A stretch of 34,927 nt of DNA from an uncultured Bacillales bacterium (lineage in GTDB: Bacteria > Bacillota_I > Bacilli_A > RFN20 > CAG-826). The DNA is taken from assembly GCA_946622925.1 (NCBI GenBank), contig CAMOQM010000001.1, positions 1 through 34,927 on the forward strand. Direction: 5' to 3'. Below the pieces are notes generated by a model. That model saw only the letters and a list, made by a program, of their open reading frames with translations, searched no databases and was not told the DNA's origin. Shown one piece after another: positions 25,557 through 33,837 of this stretch. The translations under genes were made by a program, and so were the position numbers. Within the stretch, counting starts at the first letter, position 1, and every line of letters starts with the position of its first letter.

Positions 25557-27023
25557 ATGAGCAAAAAACCATTCGCATTGATCTTGCCGCTATTAGGTGC
25601 TTCTTTAGCCAGCTGTGGCGGGGGTAGTACAACTCCTGTTTCCGATAATATCGAGGTTCCCTTCTGGACCACTTTCGGCCAAAAGAACCTTGAGGCTTTG
25701 AAAAAGAAAGCCGCCGATTTCTCGACCCTTATCGAAAAAAACACCGGGAAAAAGGTCACCATCAACGTGACTTACGAAGGTGGTTATGACGAAGTCAGGG
25801 ACAAAGTTACCAACGGTTTCTCCGCCGGCAACGTCCCGACTATGGCCATCGCTTATCCCGACCACGTCGCTAACTATTTGGCTAACGAGCCCAAAGCCGG
25901 CGACTACGTTTACAATATCGAGAGTTACATGAACGACGCCGAAATTGGTTTCGGTAAGCAAAAATTCCTTGGCGACACCGCCGGCATCGACGATTTCGTC
26001 GAAGCTTTCATCGACGAAGGAACCCACTATATCCAAAAAGGCACCTATTCGTTGCCGTTCATGAAATCCTCCGAGGTTATGTTCTATAACTTCGATGCCG
26101 TCAAAGCCGGTATGACTACCTACAAAGTAGGGGATGAAAAATACGACCAAATCCGGGCTTCCGACGACAAGATCAAGAAATATCTTTCGACCATGACTTG
26201 GGATGAGCTCCTTGATTTCTCCAAGCATTGCCTTGCCAATAAGTCCACGGTCCTAGATACCATGAAGCAGCCGATTTGGTATGACTCCGATTCCAACCTC
26301 TTCATTTCGAAGATGTTCCAAGAAAAGATTCCCTATTGCTCCATCGGCAGCGATAGCAAAGGCATCATCGGATTCGAGTCCGGCGAAAATAGGACCAAGG
26401 CCGAAGCCTTCGTCACTTCGCTTGTTACCGCTAGGAGAGAAGGATTAATCACCACCAAAGGCGTGGAAAACACCTATGGCTCCGATTCCTTCACCCATGG
26501 CGAATCCATCTTCGAAATCGGTTCGAGCGGTGGAACCGGCTATACCATGCCAGAAGGTGGTTCCTTCGAAGTCGGCGTTACCCGCGTTCCCGCTTCCAAT
26601 AACAATCCTTTATATGTTTCCCAAGGTCCGACCATCACTTTCTTAAAGAACCCGGCTAAGAGCAAAGAAGAAAACGATCAGAGGATGAAATATGCTTGGC
26701 AATTCGCCAAATATATCACCAACCCCGATTCCAACGTCTATCTTTGCATCTATGGTTCGGAAGGATATCTCCCCGTTAGATACAGTTCCTACGAAACCCC
26801 GGAATTCTTTGAATTCTTGGATGGTGGCGAAATCTATGCCGATACCGCCCGCGTCTTAATTGATGACATCAACGGCCGTTACTTCAACGCTCCGGTTTTC
26901 AAAGGCTCGGCTGGCTTACGCGACCAGTGCGGTGGCATCATCACCGGCGCTTTGCTTGGCGATAAAGGCACCGTCACCCAATTATTCGACGCCGCCATCA
27001 CTAATGCGAAGAAAGGATTCTAA
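25557..27023 (+). CDS. Extracellular solute-binding lipoprotein 2 (family 1 SBP)
   Basis: MSKKPFALILPLLGASLASCGG lipobox. Collinear similarity to SBP1 (FWTTFGQ.. vs FWSTFND..; YPDHVANYL vs YPDSVQELM; FEIGSSGGTGY vs FSVGSTGGSGY). Confidence 0.8.
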   Translation: MSKKPFALILPLLGASLASCGGGSTTPVSDNIEVPFWTTFGQKNLEALKKKAADFSTLIEKNTGKKVTINVTYEGGYDEVRDKVTNGFSAGNVPTMAIAYPDHVANYLANEPKAGDYVYNIESYMNDAEIGFGKQKFLGDTAGIDDFVEAFIDEGTHYIQKGTYSLPFMKSSEVMFYNFDAVKAGMTTYKVGDEKYDQIRASDDKIKKYLSTMTWDELLDFSKHCLANKSTVLDTMKQPIWYDSDSNLFISKMFQEKIPYCSIGSDSKGIIGFESGENRTKAEAFVTSLVTARREGLITTKGVENTYGSDSFTHGESIFEIGSSGGTGYTMPEGGSFEVGVTRVPASNNNPLYVSQGPTITFLKNPAKSKEENDQRMKYAWQFAKYITNPDSNVYLCIYGSEGYLPVRYSSYETPEFFEFLDGGEIYADTARVLIDDINGRYFNAPVFKGSAGLRDQCGGIITGALLGDKGTVTQLFDAAITNAKKGF

Positions 27024-27025
27024 CC

Positions 27026-28459
27026 ATGAAAGCCCGTCTCCCATTAATCTTTGTTTTATCGATTTCGATGCTTGCCGCTTGCGGTGGGAATACCCCTTCC
27101 TCCGCGGCCACTAAGTCGCAATCTGATGCCAATTGGGTCGATTATGCCCATAATGGCTCCATCAAATTGTCCTTAGACTATAAGAACCGTTCCTTTGCCA
27201 AAGATGGCATCGAGCAGGTTACCTTGTTTAACGCCATCGATGGAGATACCGCCCATTTCTCGCCGACCGTCAATAAGAACGACGATTTGATCAAATCCCG
27301 TTTCTATGGCGTCGATACCCCCGAATCCACCGGTAAGGTTCAACCTTATGGCAAAGAAGCTTCCCATTACACCGCGGAAGTTCTAGATAAAGCCAACAAG
27401 AACGGCACCATCGTCGTTTCTAGCGCCCAAACCACCTATGGTTTGCCTCAGCCTGATAGCACCGGATCTCGTTATCTCTCCCTTATTTGGGTCAATACCG
27501 AGAAGAAGAATGCCTCGATTGATGAGCTTTATCTTCTCAACCTCATGATCGTCCAAGAAGGTTACTCCTGGGTTAAGAACCTTTCCGATATGCCTTCTTA
27601 TAGTTCCACCTTCCTCGCCGCCGAAAGCCAGGCCAAGGAATATAAATTGAATTTACATTCCGGTCAGCCCGCCCCCTTATTCAACTATGGCGATTACGAA
27701 GACGCTTCTTTACTCGACATCAAGAAAGAAGTCGTGGCCCAACTTAACGATCCTAACCACAAAAACGCCTTCGACAACAAGAAGGTCCGTGTCCAAGGCA
27801 CCGTCGCTGGTTTTGCTAACCACATCATCTATATTCAGGACTTCTATCCCGAATATGATGAAAACGGTAACGAAAAGGTCGATGCCCAAGGCAAAGTCAT
27901 CGGCGAATATGCCGGTATCAACATCTTCTGCGGCATGGGTTCGGTTTATTCCAAATTCACCACCCCCAATGCTTACATTCAGGTTTGCGGCTTGGCCTTA
28001 GATAGTGATTTCGGCTTCCAAATCACCGACGTCACCCTACCCGCCGTCAGCTATGACGAAAACGATGGCAAGGTCATCATCCCAGCCGCCTCTAACATCG
28101 AAGAACATGCCTTGCATACCTTCGAATACACTTCGGCCGAGCTGGACCAAGTCGTCGCCGATAAGACTTATGAATCCCTTTATTGCGCCGTTAAGGTGAC
28201 CACTCCTTTGAAGGTTAGGTCCGCTAACTACACCAATAAGGCGATGTACTTATACTTCGAAGATGCTAACTTCGATGCCTATTACACTTTCAACTATCAG
28301 CCCGAAAAAGGCACGACCTGGCAAAATGCCGAGGACATGGAAGGCAAAACCTTCTATGTTTCCGGTGTCTTAGCCACCCATACCACGACTAGCGGCAAGC
28401 TTAGGATCCAAATCTATCCTAGAAGCAGCGCCGACCTAGTCTACGTTCCCGAAGCATAA
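27026..28459 (+). CDS. Membrane lipoprotein nuclease: staphylococcal (thermo)nuclease domain plus C-terminal OB-fold-like domains
   Basis: Lipobox LSISMLAACGG. NAIDGDTAHF, SRFYGVDTPES, YGKEASHYT, LMIVQEGYSWV, AESQAKEYKLNLHS align motif-for-motif with staphylococcal nuclease (AIDGDT, R..LVDTPE, YGPEAS, EALVRQGLAKV, SEAQAKKEKLNIWS). Confidence 0.85.
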   Translation: MKARLPLIFVLSISMLAACGGNTPSSAATKSQSDANWVDYAHNGSIKLSLDYKNRSFAKDGIEQVTLFNAIDGDTAHFSPTVNKNDDLIKSRFYGVDTPESTGKVQPYGKEASHYTAEVLDKANKNGTIVVSSAQTTYGLPQPDSTGSRYLSLIWVNTEKKNASIDELYLLNLMIVQEGYSWVKNLSDMPSYSSTFLAAESQAKEYKLNLHSGQPAPLFNYGDYEDASLLDIKKEVVAQLNDPNHKNAFDNKKVRVQGTVAGFANHIIYIQDFYPEYDENGNEKVDAQGKVIGEYAGINIFCGMGSVYSKFTTPNAYIQVCGLALDSDFGFQITDVTLPAVSYDENDGKVIIPAASNIEEHALHTFEYTSAELDQVVADKTYESLYCAVKVTTPLKVRSANYTNKAMYLYFEDANFDAYYTFNYQPEKGTTWQNAEDMEGKTFYVSGVLATHTTTSGKLRIQIYPRSSADLVYVPEA

Positions 28460-28468
28460 GGAGGAAAC

Positions 28469-28942
28469 ATGTACTGCACCCATTGCGCTAAGAAAATCGA
28501 CGAAGCCAAAGTGGAAGCCAAGTCTTCTTCCTATTTGTTATCCGAAGAAGTGGGGGATGCCACCCAAATCAATTATGTCTGCCCCCGTTGCGGACATTTG
28601 ATCCATGCTGACATTTCCGAAGCCGAGACCAAATCTTTGGCTCAGGCCGCCCACGCCCAAATCCAAAGGGCCCGTAACTTCTTCGCCTCCGGCATGGGCA
28701 TGGTTTCCGTTGGAGCCATCGCCATTGTCATCGCCATCTTGTTCTTCTTCCTCGCGAAGAAGCCATCCAACCAATACAGGTTGGTCGTCAACTGCCCCGA
28801 ATTCTATGTATTCGTGGTGTTGGCCACTATTGCGGTTATTCTCCTAGGCTTAGGAATCGGATTCGTTATTGAAGGCTACCGCCGTAAAAAAGCGAACTCC
28901 ACCTTGCTAAAGGACATTAACAATCCGACCTTCGTACAGTAA
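28469..28942 (+). CDS. Zinc-ribbon membrane protein (2 TM)
   Basis: CTHC...(34 aa)...CPRC at the N-terminus. Two hydrophobic helices: MGMVSVGAIAIVIAILFFFL and FYVFVVLATIAVILLGLGIGFVI. Confidence 0.6.
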   Translation: MYCTHCAKKIDEAKVEAKSSSYLLSEEVGDATQINYVCPRCGHLIHADISEAETKSLAQAAHAQIQRARNFFASGMGMVSVGAIAIVIAILFFFLAKKPSNQYRLVVNCPEFYVFVVLATIAVILLGLGIGFVIEGYRRKKANSTLLKDINNPTFVQ

Positions 28943-28992
28943 GTTCGATTCATAAAACAGCTTTTCATTGATCCAGAATAAGGAGGAATTTC

Positions 28993-30807
28993 ATGAAAAA
29001 AGCATTCATCATCCCGATGCTCGCCATTGCTGCCTTCGGCTTAGTCGCTTGCAACAACGGCCAACCCAGCAGCTCCGAGAGCTCTACCAGCACCAAAGCT
29101 CCCTTCGTCGCCGAGACTGTTACCATTGATAACAAGGACGGCCTCAAAGCTTTGTGGCGCGTCGGTTTCGACAACCGTGCCGTTGACATCACCGTCAAAG
29201 ACGCTTCCGGCAATCCTGGTAACCCCTCGGCTCTCGTCACCAGTGGCGAAATGACCGTTACTTCCAGCAACACCGCCGCCGTTAAGGCCTTAGGTTTATC
29301 CCTAATCCCCGTCGCCCCCGGTAAATCCACCATCACCGTTGCTATCAACGGCAAGACCGACACCGTCGAAGTCGAAGTCAAGGAAAAGAGAGCCGAAGCT
29401 GGCGTCGATGCCATCCTTCAAGAATTCGCTAACCTCGCCAAAGGCTCCTACACTGAAGAAAGCGTTCCCTGCGTCGGCGTCGTTTCCCGTTACGAAACCT
29501 TCTACAATGCCAAAGACAAGAACGTCACCGTTTGGATCAAGGATGCCGAAGGAACCAAGGAAATCGAACTTTATAAGGTTCCTGGCGCCAAGGGCGTCGA
29601 TCTCTCTGATTTGATCCCTGGCGATACCGTCCACGTTGAAGGTAAGATCCAAAACTACAACGGAACCTTCGAATATACCGCCGCTGGTTCCATCACCAAA
29701 GTCGACAAGATCGCTCGTCCGACCCCGGCCACCCGTCCGGAACCCACCGAAACCACTATCGATGCCATCATCGAGAAGCAGGCCAAGGAAATGGGTGTTG
29801 AATACAAGGTCGAAGGTATCTGGGAAAATGGCAAGGGCGATGACTATGGCAATGGTTATCTCACCAACCCCGAAACCGGTAAGTCCATCCAAGTCTATGG
29901 TTCTACCGCTACCGAAACCGCCATTGAATTCAATGGTTTAACCGGATCTCCGTTATATGTCTTCACCAACCCCAAGGATGCCAAGACCACCCTTAAGGAC
30001 CTCAAGAACGGCATGAAGGTTACTGCCAACGCCCTCAACATCACCTATGTTAGCAGCGACGGCAAGAAGATTACCCCTGAAGTCGCCTTAGTCGTTAAGA
30101 AGACCGAAGCCGTCGAGACCAAATATGCCGCTTCTGCTGCCGCTGTCGAGAATGGCACCGTCGAACTCAGTAAGACCGCTGACCTTGCTTATGGCGAAGA
30201 AGTCACCGTTACTGCTACGCCGAATGAAGGCTTTAAAGTAACCAAGATTGAAGTTGATCATGGCTATGGTAAGGAAGACATCACCGAAGCCAAAAAGTTC
30301 AAAGCCACAGTTAGCAACAAGGTTATTGTCACAATCAAGACCGAATCTGGCGATGATATGTCGACGTTGAAATATCCCGGCGGCACAACTACAAATATGA
30401 CCGAGCACGATAATGCCACGGCCGTTGGACTAAATGCCTCCGTCTTCACTGTTGATGCTGCTATGGGCGAACGTGGCGACATCTATCCTGGTCTCAATAA
30501 AGCAGGTTATATCGCTCTCTATTCCAAGAAGTCCGCCGAAGCTACTGGTGAAGGATCGAGCTTCACTGTCACCGTCAAAGAAGGCCTCGTTATCAAGAGC
30601 ATCACTGTTGACTATAAGCAGAATGCTGAATATGCCAAAGTTTTCGTCGGCGATCAAACTGTCACCGGAACTGAAGGCGTATATACTATTAATGCCAGGT
30701 CTTTCACCGTTATGAACGGTTACAAATCCGACGGAACTGCTAGCCAGCAAGTTCACGTCAGGGGTATCGACATTATCTATGGCGAACCTGCCACTCCCAA
30801 TAATTAA
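28993..30807 (+). CDS. Surface lipoprotein with Ig-like (Big_2-like) domain, OB-fold-like modules and an InlB-B-repeat-like segment
   Basis: Lipobox LAIAAFGLVACNNG. VTSSNTAAVKALGLSLIPVAPGKSTITVAINGKTDTVEVEV is Big_2-like. CVGVVSRYETFY...VTVWIKD...GDTVHVEGKIQNYNGTFEY is OB-like. VENGTVELSKTADLAYGEEVTVTATPNEGFKVTKIEV resembles a divergent InlB B-repeat. Confidence 0.6.
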   Translation: MKKAFIIPMLAIAAFGLVACNNGQPSSSESSTSTKAPFVAETVTIDNKDGLKALWRVGFDNRAVDITVKDASGNPGNPSALVTSGEMTVTSSNTAAVKALGLSLIPVAPGKSTITVAINGKTDTVEVEVKEKRAEAGVDAILQEFANLAKGSYTEESVPCVGVVSRYETFYNAKDKNVTVWIKDAEGTKEIELYKVPGAKGVDLSDLIPGDTVHVEGKIQNYNGTFEYTAAGSITKVDKIARPTPATRPEPTETTIDAIIEKQAKEMGVEYKVEGIWENGKGDDYGNGYLTNPETGKSIQVYGSTATETAIEFNGLTGSPLYVFTNPKDAKTTLKDLKNGMKVTANALNITYVSSDGKKITPEVALVVKKTEAVETKYAASAAAVENGTVELSKTADLAYGEEVTVTATPNEGFKVTKIEVDHGYGKEDITEAKKFKATVSNKVIVTIKTESGDDMSTLKYPGGTTTNMTEHDNATAVGLNASVFTVDAAMGERGDIYPGLNKAGYIALYSKKSAEATGEGSSFTVTVKEGLVIKSITVDYKQNAEYAKVFVGDQTVTGTEGVYTINARSFTVMNGYKSDGTASQQVHVRGIDIIYGEPATPNN

Positions 30808-30822
30808 TAGTTTATAAAATCT

Positions 30823-30854
30823 AAAGCGTCTAGGTTCGCCTAGGCGCTTTTCTT
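30823..30854 (+). terminator. Strong rho-independent terminator ending the 13-kb operon
   Basis: AAAGCGTCTAGG (30823-30834), loop TTCG, CCTAGGCGCTTT (30839-50), running into TTTTCTT. Confidence 0.8.
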
Positions 30855-30866
30855 ATAGGCACAGCT

Positions 30867-30906
30867 ATGTTGTAAATTGTTGTAAAATGTTGTAAATTGT
30901 TGTAAA
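30867..30906 (+). repeat. 4 x 10-bp tandem repeat (A/T)TGTTGTAAA, equivalent to 2 x 20 bp ATGTTGTAAATTGTTGTAAA
   Basis: Read directly: atgttgtaaa ttgttgtaaa atgttgtaaa ttgttgtaaa. It ends 12 nt before the ATG at 30919 and contains a possible promoter: TTGTAA (30870-75), 17 nt, TAAATT (30893-98). Confidence 0.9.
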
Positions 30907-30918
30907 CAGGAGTTAATC

Positions 30919-32613
30919 ATGGAGATTAAAGGCAACGTTTACGAAAAGGTGATTAAGGGAAGAACCTATTATTCCCATCAATACAGAGAGGACGGGAAGA
31001 TGGTGGTTTCTAATCTTGATAAACCCAGCGCTTATGAATTGGCGTTTCAGATTTACCATGGCAAGAATGGCGGTTATGAAGAGCTAGTTAACCATATTTT
31101 TAACACCGATGTTGCCTTTGGTTCGTCTTTGCTGCCTTTAACTGAATCTGTATCTACTTATAAGGAAAGATATTCAAGAAAAGAAATAGATGAGTATCTA
31201 GATAATCCATATATGAACGGTCGAGTATTAGTTTTGTATGGATTAAGAAGAAGTGGTAAGTCCACGATGATCCTCCAAACTGTTTTGAGGATGCCATTAA
31301 AGAAGTTCGTTAAAGCTGCCTTTATTAGAATTGCCAAAGGCGATACGACTAGAGGCCTAGAAACGGATTTGGATTTCTTATTTAAACATGGATTTGAATA
31401 TATCTTCATAGATGAAGTGACGTTGCTAGAGGATTTTATCGAAACTTCCAGCGTCTATGCCGATATCTATGCTTCCATGGGGAAAGTGGTTTTATCGGGC
31501 ACTGACTCGTTAGGTTTTATGCTTGCTTCCCATAATGAGCTTTATGATAGGGTTAAGTTTATCCATACTTCTTATATCCCATATTACGAATGGAGCGATG
31601 TTCTTGGCAAAAAAGGAATCGACGAATATATCGAATATGGCGGTTCCATGTCTTTATCTGGATTAGATTACAACAAAGTAATCACGGGCAAGGATAACGA
31701 AGTAAACGAATACGTCGACACGGCAATTGCCCATAATATCGTCCATTCTCTTAATAACTATAAAGACGGAAGTAGATTCTCTTTGCTTTATGAACTAAAC
31801 CAAAAAGGTGAGGCCGTCAATGCGATTAACCGCATGGTGGAAGACGTTAACCGCCGCTTTGTCATCGAAACCATCGAAAAAGATTTCAAATCCCATGATT
31901 ACGGTTCGTTAAAACAGCTTATAAGCAAAGACAAAGACGAGTTGGTAAGGGCTAGTTTAGATGAGGTAAATGAAGACGCTATTAATAACGCTTTGATGAA
32001 AGCTTTGGAAATCATCAATAAGCCAGATCAAACCTATCCCATCTCTGAAGCTTTGATGAAAGAACTTGAAGAGTATTTGGATTTATTAGATGTAACTAAA
32101 CCAATGCAAATAGTCCGTTATCCTTCCTATGCGACTTCCATCAAAAAGGCTTTCTTGCCTTTGGGGTTACGTTATTCTCAGGCAAAGGCCTTATTAGAAA
32201 CCATCATAGTTCAGCCTTCGATATTGGCTTTGCCGATTAAAGTCCAGCAAGCCGTCAAAGACAAGCTCCTTAGCGATGTCAAAGGAAGGATGATGGAAGA
32301 GATCGTATTGTGCCAGACTTCTTTAACGAAAAAAGAAGGCGATTGTTTCCAACTCCTATTTACTAAGGGCGAATACGATATGGTCACTTTGGATAGGGGT
32401 GATTGGACGGCCGAGATTTATGAAATCAAATATAACGAACATCCTTATCCTGGACAGGCCAGGTTCTTAATAGACCCAGAATTGGCCAGCATATTCGAGG
32501 GACATTATGCAAAGATTGATAAGCGGGCGGTTATTTATCGTGGCCCTAATCAAAACGAAAACGGAATCGACTATATAAACGTCCACGATTATTTGGTGGG
32601 ATTAAATAATTAG
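30919..32613 (+). CDS. AAA+ ATPase (COG1373/AAA_14-like) with C-terminal PD-(D/E)xK (DUF4143-like) nuclease-fold domain and extra N-terminal/middle regions
   Basis: Walker A LYGLRRSGKST, Walker B EYIFIDEVTLLEDF. KVVLSGTDSLGFMLASHNELYDRVKFIHTSYIPYYEW parallels the GS..LL...SL.GR....L.PLSF.E region of COG1373 proteins. C-terminal GRMMEEIV...GEYDMVTLD...AEIYEIKYN gives a D...E-x-K motif. Confidence 0.7.
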   Translation: MEIKGNVYEKVIKGRTYYSHQYREDGKMVVSNLDKPSAYELAFQIYHGKNGGYEELVNHIFNTDVAFGSSLLPLTESVSTYKERYSRKEIDEYLDNPYMNGRVLVLYGLRRSGKSTMILQTVLRMPLKKFVKAAFIRIAKGDTTRGLETDLDFLFKHGFEYIFIDEVTLLEDFIETSSVYADIYASMGKVVLSGTDSLGFMLASHNELYDRVKFIHTSYIPYYEWSDVLGKKGIDEYIEYGGSMSLSGLDYNKVITGKDNEVNEYVDTAIAHNIVHSLNNYKDGSRFSLLYELNQKGEAVNAINRMVEDVNRRFVIETIEKDFKSHDYGSLKQLISKDKDELVRASLDEVNEDAINNALMKALEIINKPDQTYPISEALMKELEEYLDLLDVTKPMQIVRYPSYATSIKKAFLPLGLRYSQAKALLETIIVQPSILALPIKVQQAVKDKLLSDVKGRMMEEIVLCQTSLTKKEGDCFQLLFTKGEYDMVTLDRGDWTAEIYEIKYNEHPYPGQARFLIDPELASIFEGHYAKIDKRAVIYRGPNQNENGIDYINVHDYLVGLNN

Positions 32614-32641
32614 AACTATACGCCCCTAGGAGTATAGTTTT
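32614..32641 (+). terminator. Terminator-like hairpin after the ATPase gene
   Basis: AACTATAC (32614-32621) / GTATAGTT (32632-32639), 10-nt loop. The stem's terminal TT runs into further Ts, giving TTTT at 32638-32641. Confidence 0.55.
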
Positions 32642-32709
32642 GGCTTGAAGTAAACCAGCTAACTTTGGATTACTTCCTAAAACATGTCTTTTGGCGGATA
32701 ATATCGCGG

Positions 32710-33837
32710 ATGGAAGAAAGAAACGAAAACGGACAACCCGAAGTGGTGGAGATATCCCCACTCGGAAAATGGAAAAGGGTCCTCGCCTTCTTAGCCGATT
32801 TCTTTTTGATTTTCATTTTGTCTTTGGGCCTATTTCATCTAGGCATCCATCCGCTTGGCAAAGCCATGACTTCCTATCAAGGAAGGGTGGATGAAACTAA
32901 ACTAGTCCAAAAGGACCGTGATGGCGTTCTTTATTACAATAAGCTTCTTTTCCCTGTCTCTTCTACTTTGGTGGAGTCTGGGGATTTCGCTTCTAACTTG
33001 GAGCATACCTTTAAAACCTATTTATATTTCTATTTGGATGGGGCGGTAACCATCGAGAAATACGAAGTCAATAAGTCAGACGTCTTCTCTACCTATTACG
33101 TAAGTATCAGAAACGATAAGGCTTCCTACCAAGCCTTATACAATGACTTAGATAACGGCGGCTTCTTCGAAGTAGGGGAGACCGTTAAGCTAAAACCCAC
33201 CTACATTGAGGAATTCAAACACGCCTATCTTGCTGGTGACGAATTATCCGAGCAGGGCAAGAAGGATTATGATGCCTTGCAAAGCAAAGTCTTCCTAAAA
33301 GGCTTTAATAGGATGCTTGATGATATAAACGCGAAGGATCTAACTTACCAAGGGGTGTCTTATAGACAAAAGCAAGAACTAGTCACCGCGTTTATCAATT
33401 ACGAGAAGATACTTACCATAACCTGCGCTTTAATCGCCTATTTATTAGGTTGCTTCATCGTGACCATGATGGTTCCTTTGCTTAGTAAGAACCGGAAGAC
33501 CTTAGGCATGCTTTTCCTAAGGGAAGTCAGATTAGATTCCGAACGTCTCATTTTGCTTAAGAAGAAACGGGTTCTTCTTTTCTTCGTCTACCAGATAATC
33601 ATGAATATGGGTTCCATCTTCTTTATCCCGATGGGGGCCTATGATTTCGTAAGTCTATTTTCCTTGCCGGCTTTGCTACCTATCTCATTAATTGGGTTAC
33701 TTTATCTAGTGTTTTCCTTAATCTATATGTTATTTGAGCCTTTTAACCGCACCATATCAGATAAACTAAGCGGAACGGTGATGGTAACTGACGATACTTT
33801 AGATCAAATCTACCGTGCGAAAGGATATAACGTCTAA
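32710..33837 (+). CDS. RDD-like polytopic membrane protein with large soluble insert
   Basis: KRVLAFLADFFLIFILSLGLF is an RDD-type N-terminal TM motif. C-terminal TMs are present. I prefer the ATG at 32710 over the tracked TTG at 32665, but the start is uncertain. Confidence 0.5.
   Translation: MEERNENGQPEVVEISPLGKWKRVLAFLADFFLIFILSLGLFHLGIHPLGKAMTSYQGRVDETKLVQKDRDGVLYYNKLLFPVSSTLVESGDFASNLEHTFKTYLYFYLDGAVTIEKYEVNKSDVFSTYYVSIRNDKASYQALYNDLDNGGFFEVGETVKLKPTYIEEFKHAYLAGDELSEQGKKDYDALQSKVFLKGFNRMLDDINAKDLTYQGVSYRQKQELVTAFINYEKILTITCALIAYLLGCFIVTMMVPLLSKNRKTLGMLFLREVRLDSERLILLKKKRVLLFFVYQIIMNMGSIFFIPMGAYDFVSLFSLPALLPISLIGLLYLVFSLIYMLFEPFNRTISDKLSGTVMVTDDTLDQIYRAKGYNV

Noticed and set aside
30867-30906. 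CRISPR array.
   Set aside because: The units are 10 bp and directly abutting with no spacers, and no cas genes are present. This is a short tandem repeat, not a CRISPR.
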